In this document: in pieces, positions 44,032 through 51,900 of the stretch
Layout: each line of letters begins with the position of its first letter
Position numbering within the stretch: position 1 is the stretch's first letter
NCBI GenBank assembly: GCA_965223705.1
Contig: OZ245015.1
Location: forward strand, 672,001 to 736,000
DNA length: 64,000 bases
Direction: 5' to 3'
Source of the DNA: Myxococcota bacterium
Lineage (GTDB): Bacteria > Myxococcota_A > UBA9160 > UBA6930
Program-made: the position numbers and the translations under genes
Notes under the pieces: generated by a model
Told to the model about the DNA's origin: nothing
The model's input: only the letters and a program-made list of their open reading frames with translations
The model's database searches: none

Positions 44032-45516
44032 ATGGCGATACCCAAAGTGATGGGTACGGAGATCGAATACGGAATCACCGTTCAAAACGACAGTGACTTC
44101 GATCCCATTTCCAGCTGCGTCCTTTTGGTCAACGCCTACCGCGAAGACCACGAAGGGCAGATCCTCTGGGATTACGATCAGGAAAATCCGCTAGCAGACG
44201 CCCGCGGTTTTCAGGTCGACGGCGAGAAGTACACGCCGAACCAGCAAGAGAACATCGCTCGCAACAAGACGCTGGTGAACGGCGCGCGCTACTACGTCGA
44301 CCACGCGCATCCGGAGTACTCCTGCCCGGAAGTGACGAACGCCCGGGATCTCGTGATCCACGAGAAGGCCGGCGAGCGCATCCTCGAGTTGTCTCGCCGC
44401 GAAGCGAACGCATTGCTCCCCGCCGGTACGCAGATGTTGATCTACAAGAACAACAGCGACCGGAAGGGCAACAGCTACGGGTCACACGAGAACTACTTGA
44501 TGGACCGTCGCACGTCCTTCAAGCAGATCGTCGAGTACCTGATGCCGTTCTTCGTAAGCCGTCAGGTCTACACCGGCGCGGGAAAGGTCGGCAGCGAAAA
44601 CCGCGCGCAGCCTTGCGACTACCAGACGAGCCAGCGATCGGATTTCTTCGAAACCGAAGTTGCGCTCGACACGATGGTGAAACGACCCATCATCAACACG
44701 CGCGACGAGCCGCACGCCGACCGCGAAAAGTATCGCCGCCTGCACGTCATCGTCGGCGACTCGAACATGAGCGAGTACACGATCTTCCTGCGCAACGGAG
44801 CGACGGCCCTGGTGCTCGAGATGATCGAAGACGGAGCGATCGACCGCGATTTCTCCCTGCGGGACCCCGTGCGCGCGATCAAGGAAGTGTCTCATGACAT
44901 CGCCTGCAAGCGCCCGCTGGAGTTGCAGAGCGGGCGCAAGCTCACCGCGGTTGAGATGCAAAAGGAGTATCTCGAGCTCGCCGAGCGCCACTTCGCGAGC
45001 CGGGAAATCTCCGAAGAGCAGCGCGACGTATTGAACAAATGGGCCTACGTGCTCGACACGCTATCGGGCGAGCCACGCGATCTGGCCCGTGAGATCGACT
45101 GGATCATCAAGCTCCAGATGATCGAAGGGTTCATGGACCGGAAGGGTCTCGACTGGGAATCGAGCCAGGTACAGATGCTCGACCTGCAATACCACGATCT
45201 CCGACCGAACAAGGGGCTGTACTACCTTCTCGAGAGGCAGGACAAGGTCGAGCGCATCGTGACGGACGACGAGATCACACGGGCGATCACACGTCCGCCC
45301 GAAGACACTCGGGCGTATTTCCGCGGAGAATGCCTGCGCAAATATGGAAGCGAGGTCTTCGGCGTGAACTGGGATTCGATTTCTTTCGGAATCGGCGACG
45401 ATCCCATCAAGCGCGTGCTGATGGCAGAACCCCTCAAGGGTTCGCGGCAACACGTCGAGGAACTATTGGCGACTTCGCCGACTGCGGCGGAGTTGGTCGT
45501 TAACCTCCGAGCCTAG
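44032..45516 (+). CDS. dop: Pup deamidase/depupylase Dop
   Basis: MGTEIEYG, Dop loop WDYDQENPLADARG, NGARYYVDHAHPEYS, INTRDEPHAD. Confidence 0.92.
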   Translation: MAIPKVMGTEIEYGITVQNDSDFDPISSCVLLVNAYREDHEGQILWDYDQENPLADARGFQVDGEKYTPNQQENIARNKTLVNGARYYVDHAHPEYSCPEVTNARDLVIHEKAGERILELSRREANALLPAGTQMLIYKNNSDRKGNSYGSHENYLMDRRTSFKQIVEYLMPFFVSRQVYTGAGKVGSENRAQPCDYQTSQRSDFFETEVALDTMVKRPIINTRDEPHADREKYRRLHVIVGDSNMSEYTIFLRNGATALVLEMIEDGAIDRDFSLRDPVRAIKEVSHDIACKRPLELQSGRKLTAVEMQKEYLELAERHFASREISEEQRDVLNKWAYVLDTLSGEPRDLAREIDWIIKLQMIEGFMDRKGLDWESSQVQMLDLQYHDLRPNKGLYYLLERQDKVERIVTDDEITRAITRPPEDTRAYFRGECLRKYGSEVFGVNWDSISFGIGDDPIKRVLMAEPLKGSRQHVEELLATSPTAAELVVNLRA

Positions 45517-45543
45517 AACGATGGGTCCGGACGGGAGAGAGTG

Positions 45544-45816
45544 ATGAGTCGAAAATTCCGAGCGGAACACAGCGCCAACGCGAACGACGCAGCGTTTGGA
45601 TTCGTCCGCGCCGCCGAGAGCACCCAGAAGCAGAAACAAGGCGGCGGTGGCGAAGGCGGCGACGGTGAGAAGAGCGGCGATGGGGCCCAGAAGCTCGCCA
45701 AGAAGGGCGAAGAGCTCAAAGAAGAAATGGACGCGCTGGTAGACGAGATCGACGAAGTCCTCGAAGAAAACGCCGAGGAGTTCGTGAAGAACTACGTCCA
45801 GCGCGGCGGCGAATAA
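45544..45816 (+). CDS. pup: Prokaryotic ubiquitin-like protein Pup
   Basis: DALVDEIDEVLEENAEEFVKNYVQRGGE-stop, a classic Pup C-terminus; lies between dop and prcB. Confidence 0.95.
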   Translation: MSRKFRAEHSANANDAAFGFVRAAESTQKQKQGGGGEGGDGEKSGDGAQKLAKKGEELKEEMDALVDEIDEVLEENAEEFVKNYVQRGGE

Positions 45817-45838
45817 CAGCAACCAGCGAAGTACAGCG

Positions 45839-45865
45839 GCGGGGTTCGCGGAAGCGAAACCCCGC
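45839..45865 (+). other. GNRA-capped hairpin between pup and prcB
   Basis: GCGGGGTTCGC-GGAA-GCGAA(A)CCCCGC. Confidence 0.5.
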
Positions 45866-45900
45866 GACGGCGGTATCGCGCGACGGCGGAGGGGACGTCA

Positions 45901-46698
45901 GTGCGCTTCCGGTTTCACGATGGCTATTTCGGATCGAGCTTTTCCGAGCTCGTCGATTCGGAATGTCCCAATCTGCGACCCGATTTCGACAAATGGAAAG
46001 ACAACGCCGGGACGCTGAGTTCCGAGGGCACGACGGTGCTGGCGCTCCGGTACGAATCCGGCGTGCTGATGGCGGGCGATCGATTGGCGACCATGGGAAA
46101 CCTCGTCGCTTCCCGCGAGATCCAGAAAGTCTATGCAACCGATCCGCACTCGCTGATGGCGATCGCAGGCGCGGCAGGGCCCGCGATCGACATGGCGCGA
46201 CTCCTCCGGATTCAACTCGAACACTACGAAAAGATCGAAGGCGCCCCGCTCGAGCTCGAAGGTAAGGCCAACACGCTCGCAGGGCTGATCAAACAGCACC
46301 TGCCAATGGCGATGCAGGGTCTCGTGGTTGTTCCGCTCTTCGCGGGCTTCGACCACCGACGGCAACTGGGCCGCCTGTGGCGCTACGAGCCGACCGGCGG
46401 TCGCTACGAAGAGCGCAACTTTGACAGCGTCGGTTCCGGATCGATGTTCGCGCGCGAGTCGCTGAAGAAGTCGTATCACCAACAGCCGACGCGGGAGGAC
46501 GCGCTGCGGATGGCGGTCGAGGCGCTCACCGATGCCGCTGACGAAGATACGGCGACCGGCGGTGTCGATCCCATCCGCGGCATCTATCCGTTGATGAAAA
46601 TCTGTGATCGCGACGGCATCACGGATATCGCCGACGAGGAAGTCGGCGCGATTTACGAAACGATCGTCTCCGCGCGCCGGGACCGAGGAGTTCGCTAG
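45901..46698 (+). CDS. prcB: 20S proteasome beta subunit
   Basis: Propeptide with GSSF; G|TTVLAL (Thr1 at 46030), AGDRLATMG, GSGSMFAR, ADEDTATGG. Confidence 0.96.
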   Translation: MRFRFHDGYFGSSFSELVDSECPNLRPDFDKWKDNAGTLSSEGTTVLALRYESGVLMAGDRLATMGNLVASREIQKVYATDPHSLMAIAGAAGPAIDMARLLRIQLEHYEKIEGAPLELEGKANTLAGLIKQHLPMAMQGLVVVPLFAGFDHRRQLGRLWRYEPTGGRYEERNFDSVGSGSMFARESLKKSYHQQPTREDALRMAVEALTDAADEDTATGGVDPIRGIYPLMKICDRDGITDIADEEVGAIYETIVSARRDRGVR

Positions 46699-46700
46699 CC

Positions 46701-47399
46701 ATGTCGCTTCCGTTCTACGTCTCGCCGGAGCAGATGACGCAAGACAAGGCGGAGTTCGCGCGCAAAGGCATCGCGCGCGGGCGCTCCCTCGTTACGCTCG
46801 AATTCGCCGACGGCATTCTGCTCGTCGCGGAGAACCCGCTCAATCTCTCGAAGATCGGCGAAATCTACGATCGCATCGGGTTTGCCGGCGTCGGCAAGTA
46901 CAGCGAGTTCGATCGGCTCCGCCAGATGGGGATCCAGTACGCGGACATTCAGGGGTTCCGTTTCAGTCGGGAAGACGTGCGCGCGAAAGCCCTTGCGAAC
47001 CTGTATTCCCAGACCATCGGCGACGAGTTCAACCGCTCGATCAAACCGCTCGAGGTGGAAATCGTGGTCGCGGAAGTCGGCGACCCCGAAAGCCCCCACC
47101 ACGCCGCGAACTCGCTCTACAACGTCAATTTCGACGGCAGTATTCTCGAACTCGAAGGTCACTGTGTGATCGGTGGCGCGAACGAGAACGTCAAAAGGCA
47201 CGTAGAGACGAACTATCAGGAAAATATGCCCCTAGGGGAAGCTCTTCGTCTGGGCCGGGATGCACTACAGCGTGCAGAGAACGGCACCACGGACCTCCCC
47301 GCGGAGAGCCTCGAGGTTTGCTTGTTGGACCAGAACCGGCCCGGCCGAAAGTTTCGCCGACTTTCTGCCGATGAAGTTCGGGTTACGCTGGATCGGTAG
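46701..47399 (+). CDS. prcA: 20S proteasome alpha subunit
   Basis: MSLPFYVSPEQ...EFARKGIARGRS, KIGEIYDRIGFAGVGKYSEF, KPLEVEI, LEVCLLD. Confidence 0.96.
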   Translation: MSLPFYVSPEQMTQDKAEFARKGIARGRSLVTLEFADGILLVAENPLNLSKIGEIYDRIGFAGVGKYSEFDRLRQMGIQYADIQGFRFSREDVRAKALANLYSQTIGDEFNRSIKPLEVEIVVAEVGDPESPHHAANSLYNVNFDGSILELEGHCVIGGANENVKRHVETNYQENMPLGEALRLGRDALQRAENGTTDLPAESLEVCLLDQNRPGRKFRRLSADEVRVTLDR

Positions 47400-47416
47400 G
47401 GAAGGCCGGGTCGGTC

Positions 47417-48823
47417 GTGCAGAAGCGCATTTTCGGAGTCGAAACCGAATACGGCATCATTTTCACGCCGGAGGGTCGTAAGACACTCCCGGTGGAGAAG
47501 GCGATCCGCTTCCTCTTCGAAAAGCTGATCACCACCGAGCACTTCCTCAACGTATTCCTCGAGAACGGCGCCAGGTTCTACCAGGACACCGGGTGCCACC
47601 CCGAATACGCGACGCCCGAGTGCGCGGCGCCGCGCCAGCTCATCGTCTACGACAAGGCCGGAGAGCGGATTCTCGAAGATCTTCAGAACTACGCCGAAGA
47701 GAAGATCCGGGAAGAGCGCATCGCCGGGAAGCTCTCCATCTTCAAGAACAACACGGATTTCGTGGGCAACAGCTACGGTTGCCACGAGAACTACCTGGTC
47801 GATCGCGACGTCGACTTCTACTACCTGGCCGAGCAGCTGATCCCGTTTCTCGTGACCCGGCAGGTGTACTCAGGCGCCGGCAAGGTCTTCCAGACGCAAG
47901 ACGGCGTTCATTACTGCGTCAGCCAGCGCGCGCAGCACATCTACCAGAAGATCTCCGGAACGACGACGAACGATCGTTCGATCATCAACACCCGGGACGA
48001 ACCTCACGCCGATCGCGAGAAGTATCGGCGCCTTCACGTGATCGTCGGCGACTCCAACATGTCGGAGTACACGAACTTCCTGAAGATCGGCGCTTGCGCC
48101 GTTGTCCTCCAGATGATCGAGGACAACTACATCAACAAGGACTTCACCCTGCGCAACCCGGTGAAGGCCATCAAAGACATCTCCCACGACACGACGTGCA
48201 AGCGGAAGCTGCGCCTCGACAACGGTCGCGAGTACTCACCCATCGAGATTCAGCGCGAATACTGTGAGATGGCGCTCAAGTACATCGAGGACTACCCGGT
48301 CAGCGATGAGCTCCGACAGTCCGTGTCGATGTGGGAGCACGTGCTCGATTGTCTCGAGGACGATCCCGACAAGCTCGATCGCAAGGTCGATTGGGTCATC
48401 AAGCGCAAGATGATTCAGTCTGTGATCGACAAGCGCGGCATGCGCTGGTCCGATCCTCGCATCTTCATGCTCGATCTTCAGTACCACGACATTCGCGTGA
48501 ATCGAGGCCTCTACTACCTCCTCGAGCGACGCGGCGCCGTGGACCGCATTCTGAACGACGACGAGATCATCAAAGCGAAGACCGAGCCGCCGCCGGACAC
48601 ACGCGCGAGGATGCGCGGCGAGTTCATCAAGCTCGCTCGCCAGAACGGAATTCAGTACGACCTCGACTGGTCGAATATCCGGCTCGGAAACTTGTTGAAC
48701 GTACGCGTGATTTGCAACAACCCCTTCGAGACCGACACGGAAAAAGTGGCCGAGCTCGTGAAGACGATCCAGAAGACCAACCTGCGCAAGACGAGCCTTT
48801 CGAAGCTCGTCATTCAATCGTAG
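47417..48823 (+). CDS. pafA: Pup-protein ligase PafA
   Basis: RIFGVETEYG, FLENGARFYQDTGCHPEYATPEC, KNNTD..GNSYGCHENY, SQRAQHI; no Dop loop. Confidence 0.93.
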   Translation: MQKRIFGVETEYGIIFTPEGRKTLPVEKAIRFLFEKLITTEHFLNVFLENGARFYQDTGCHPEYATPECAAPRQLIVYDKAGERILEDLQNYAEEKIREERIAGKLSIFKNNTDFVGNSYGCHENYLVDRDVDFYYLAEQLIPFLVTRQVYSGAGKVFQTQDGVHYCVSQRAQHIYQKISGTTTNDRSIINTRDEPHADREKYRRLHVIVGDSNMSEYTNFLKIGACAVVLQMIEDNYINKDFTLRNPVKAIKDISHDTTCKRKLRLDNGREYSPIEIQREYCEMALKYIEDYPVSDELRQSVSMWEHVLDCLEDDPDKLDRKVDWVIKRKMIQSVIDKRGMRWSDPRIFMLDLQYHDIRVNRGLYYLLERRGAVDRILNDDEIIKAKTEPPPDTRARMRGEFIKLARQNGIQYDLDWSNIRLGNLLNVRVICNNPFETDTEKVAELVKTIQKTNLRKTSLSKLVIQS

Positions 48824-48835
48824 GGCGCACCGACC

Positions 48836-49213
48836 ATGCCGGTGAGTGACGGTGGCGGGCATCTGCGGGCGGTTCCGGAAGGCGACGGTCCCGCCGAGGC
48901 TCCGTCGGCTCCTCCTCGCGCGTCCGGTTCCGGTGGCCGCGCGCGTATCGTGTTGCTGTCCGCCCTCGCCTTGGGACTCCTCGTCGCAGGCTTCGGTTGG
49001 TTTACCTCGCAGCAGCGCGCCACCGCCCTTCAGGCCAAGCTCGACGCGGTGAGCGGGCAGCTCCGCGACAGCGAGAACGCGCTCCGTGCGACGACTGAGG
49101 AGCTCGCGGCTCGTAGGTCTCACTTCGCGCGGGTGAAGAGCTCGGTCGACGCGTTGGCCGTCGAGCTCGACGGGCTCCGATCGGTCATCCGAGAAGAGCC
49201 GAAACGTCCGTAG
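48836..49213 (+). CDS. Hypothetical single-TM coiled-coil protein
   Basis: TM segment IVLLSALALGLLVAGFGWF followed by a heptad-like helix; starts 12 bp after the pafA stop. Confidence 0.65.
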   Translation: MPVSDGGGHLRAVPEGDGPAEAPSAPPRASGSGGRARIVLLSALALGLLVAGFGWFTSQQRATALQAKLDAVSGQLRDSENALRATTEELAARRSHFARVKSSVDALAVELDGLRSVIREEPKRP

Positions 49214-49416
49214 CTCCCGCGTTCTCGGCCTCTCTAAGCGCAACCCCTGCGCAGTCTCTCATCAGAAACACGCAGTTGTAACGCTCTCGCGAGAGTCTTC
49301 CACGCTCACGCAAGAATTCGTCTAGGCACTGCAAATTGCTACTCAGCACAATGCGAAGCACGGCCGATACATCCTCCGGAGTCTAAGCCCCCATCTCCGT
49401 GCGGAGGATGACTGCG

Positions 49417-50451
49417 ATGTTGTTCGACCCGATCGCAGGAAGAATGTCGAGCGATCTAGCGATCGATCTAGGGACCGCGAATACGTTGGTCTACGTTCGC
49501 GGCAAAGGGCTCATTTGTTCAGAGCCTTCGGTTGTCGCCGTCACCGACGATGAATCGGGCCGCCAGAAGGTGCTCGCCGTCGGTCACGAGGCGAAGGAAA
49601 TGCTCGGGCGAACGCCCGGGGGCATCCAGGCGATCCGCCCGATCAAAGACGGTGTGATCGCGGACTTCGAAATTACCGAGGCGATGCTCCGCTACTTCAT
49701 CCAGCGAGCGCACAATCGTCGCAAGCTGGTCCGCCCCCGAATCGTTATCTGCGTGCCGCCGTGTATCACGAGCGTCGAGAAGCGCGCTGTTCGCGAATCG
49801 GCGTTGTCCGCGGGAGCGCGCGAGGTGTTTCTCATCGAAGAGCCCATGGCCGCGGCGATCGGAGCCGGGCTCGACGTGACGGCTCCGACGGGCAACATGG
49901 TCGTCGATATCGGTGGCGGCACCACGGATGTCGCCGTGATCTCGTTGTCGGGAATCGTGACGTCACGATCGATCCGCTGCGGCGGCGACTCGATGGACGA
50001 AGCGATCATCAACTACGTGAAGCGCAAGTACAACATGCTGATCGGCGAACGGACCGCCGAGAACATCAAGATGACCATCGCGACGGCCTCCGCCACGTCG
50101 AAGACCGAGACGATGGAGATCAAAGGCCGCGATCTGGTGGCCGGCATCCCGAAAGTCGTTGTCACGACGAGCGACGAGATTCGAGAATCTCTCGTCGAGC
50201 CGATCAGCGCCATCGTAGAGACCGTGCATCTGGCGCTCGAACGAACGCCGCCCGAGCTCGCCGCCGACATCGTCGATCGCGGGATCATGTTGGTCGGTGG
50301 TGGCTCGCTCCTGCGCGACCTCGATCAGGTGCTGCGCCAAGAGACGAAGCTACCGATCCTGCGCAGCGAGGATCCTTTCACCGCCGTAGTCCACGGTGCC
50401 GGTGTGGCCCTCGATAACCTCGAGCTGCTCCGAGACGTCGCGATCCGCTAG
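49417..50451 (+). CDS. mreB: Rod shape-determining protein MreB
   Basis: IDLGTANT, EPSVVA, EEPMAAAIG, DIGGGTT, PPELAADI; GGAGG RBS. Confidence 0.97.
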   Translation: MLFDPIAGRMSSDLAIDLGTANTLVYVRGKGLICSEPSVVAVTDDESGRQKVLAVGHEAKEMLGRTPGGIQAIRPIKDGVIADFEITEAMLRYFIQRAHNRRKLVRPRIVICVPPCITSVEKRAVRESALSAGAREVFLIEEPMAAAIGAGLDVTAPTGNMVVDIGGGTTDVAVISLSGIVTSRSIRCGGDSMDEAIINYVKRKYNMLIGERTAENIKMTIATASATSKTETMEIKGRDLVAGIPKVVVTTSDEIRESLVEPISAIVETVHLALERTPPELAADIVDRGIMLVGGGSLLRDLDQVLRQETKLPILRSEDPFTAVVHGAGVALDNLELLRDVAIR

Positions 50452-50469
50452 GCGCTAGCGTTCGCCGAT

Positions 50470-51465
50470 CTATCGGCCGCGCTGAAAGCGGTCGACGGCT
50501 CGCGCGTGCTCGCTGTACGTCTTCGAGAAGACGTGGCTTCCGTCTCCGCGGGACACAAAGAAGAGGAACTCCGAGTCCTCCGGCTCGACGACCGCGCGCA
50601 ACGCGGCGGCGCCCGGGTTCGCGATCGGACCCGGCGGCAGCCCTTTGATCTGGTAGGTGTTGTAGGGGTTCGTGTCGTCGTTTAGATGCGCTCGCGTCAA
50701 GTTCCCGTCGAAGTTCTCGACGCCGTAGATGACCGTCGGATCCGTCTGTAGACGCATTCCCTTGGCGAGACGATTGAGGAACACCGAGGCGATGCGCGGT
50801 CTCTCGTGCGCGACACCGGTTTCTTTTTCGATAATCGAGGCGAGCGTCACGACGTCGTGCATCGAAAGGCCGGCTTTCTCAGACGCGTCTTCGATCGTTC
50901 GCCACGTGGCGAGGAACTGCTCCCCGAACGCCTCGAGGACGGCGCGCGTGCCGAGGCCACGCGCGAGGCGATAGGTCTCGGGGAACAAGTAACCCTCGAA
51001 ACTGTCGCCCTCGAGACCCAGCTCGTTCAGCCAGGTCGTGTTGGCAACGCCTTCGAGGAAGTCGTCGCGATCGGCCAACCCGGCTTCGTCCAGGCGAACG
51101 GCAATTTCGGTCGCGCGCAAGCCTTCGGGGATGCTGACGGTGCGCATGCGCACCCAGCCCTCGGTGAGCCGTTCGAGAATTTGGTGCGCCGATTCGCGCG
51201 GAGATAGCTCGTACTCGCCGGCCCGCAGTTCGCTGCCGAGACCCCGGTAGCGGGCGAGCCATTCAAACGCGAATGCGTCGACGAGCCCGGCGCTTTCGAG
51301 CTGCGCAGCCACTGCGCCGAGGGTGACGCCTTCCGCCACCTCGAAGTCGACCGACGGGCCGTCGGGATCGCGGGGGCCGAGCGCGATCTTGACCCAAAGG
51401 GCTGCAGCCGCTGCGCCGAAGACCGCAACGGTCGAGATGCCCAGTACGAACCAACGCCACTTCAT
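50470..51465 (-). CDS. mltG: Endolytic transglycosylase MltG
   Basis: IPEG, EGYLFPETY, LASIIEKET, LQTDPTVIYG, PYNTY..GLPPGPIANPG. Confidence 0.95.
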   Translation of the reverse strand: MKWRWFVLGISTVAVFGAAAAALWVKIALGPRDPDGPSVDFEVAEGVTLGAVAAQLESAGLVDAFAFEWLARYRGLGSELRAGEYELSPRESAHQILERLTEGWVRMRTVSIPEGLRATEIAVRLDEAGLADRDDFLEGVANTTWLNELGLEGDSFEGYLFPETYRLARGLGTRAVLEAFGEQFLATWRTIEDASEKAGLSMHDVVTLASIIEKETGVAHERPRIASVFLNRLAKGMRLQTDPTVIYGVENFDGNLTRAHLNDDTNPYNTYQIKGLPPGPIANPGAAALRAVVEPEDSEFLFFVSRGDGSHVFSKTYSEHARAVDRFQRGR

Positions 51466-51890
51466 CGCTGATGACGCTCGAGCCAGGTGCGCAGGATGAG
51501 CGCCGCCGCCGCTTCGTCGAGTTGACCGCGGGCCCGGCGACGCTGTCTGCGCGAGCGCTTCGGTTGTAGCGAATCGAGATCCCGCGCGGCTTGTTGCGAC
51601 GTCATGCGCTCGTCGACGGTGTCGACGGTCAACGAGGTCGCGTTCCGAAGCGCCTCGGCGAAGGCGAGCGCCGCTTCGGCTTCGGGGCCTTTTCGGCCGT
51701 CCATATGAAGGGGTAAGCCGATCACGATGTGCTCGATTTCGCGTTCTCGTACCCAAACCGAAAGAGCCCCGAGGTCGGCGCGCAAGTTCTTTCGCTCGAG
51801 GTGTCCCGCCGGCAGTGCGAGTACACCGTCCGGATCCGATACTGCGAGGCCGATTCTCCGAGCGCCATAATCGATCCCCAGCACGCGCAT
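51462..51890 (-). CDS. ruvX: YqgF/RuvX nuclease
   Basis: LGIDYGARRIGLAVSD, IGLP, VDERMTS, DEAAAALIL. Confidence 0.93.
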   Translation of the reverse strand: MRVLGIDYGARRIGLAVSDPDGVLALPAGHLERKNLRADLGALSVWVREREIEHIVIGLPLHMDGRKGPEAEAALAFAEALRNATSLTVDTVDERMTSQQAARDLDSLQPKRSRRQRRRARGQLDEAAAALILRTWLERHQR

Positions 51891-51900
51891 GGGTGTTGAC

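Noticed and set aside
45544..45816. Calling the modifier UBact rather than Pup
   Set aside because: The DEIDEVLEENAEEFV..YVQ.GGE helix is the Pup signature.
49325..49340. Sigma-54-like GGCACTGCAAATTGCT upstream of mreB
   Set aside because: GG-to-GC spacing is 11 nt rather than the required 10.
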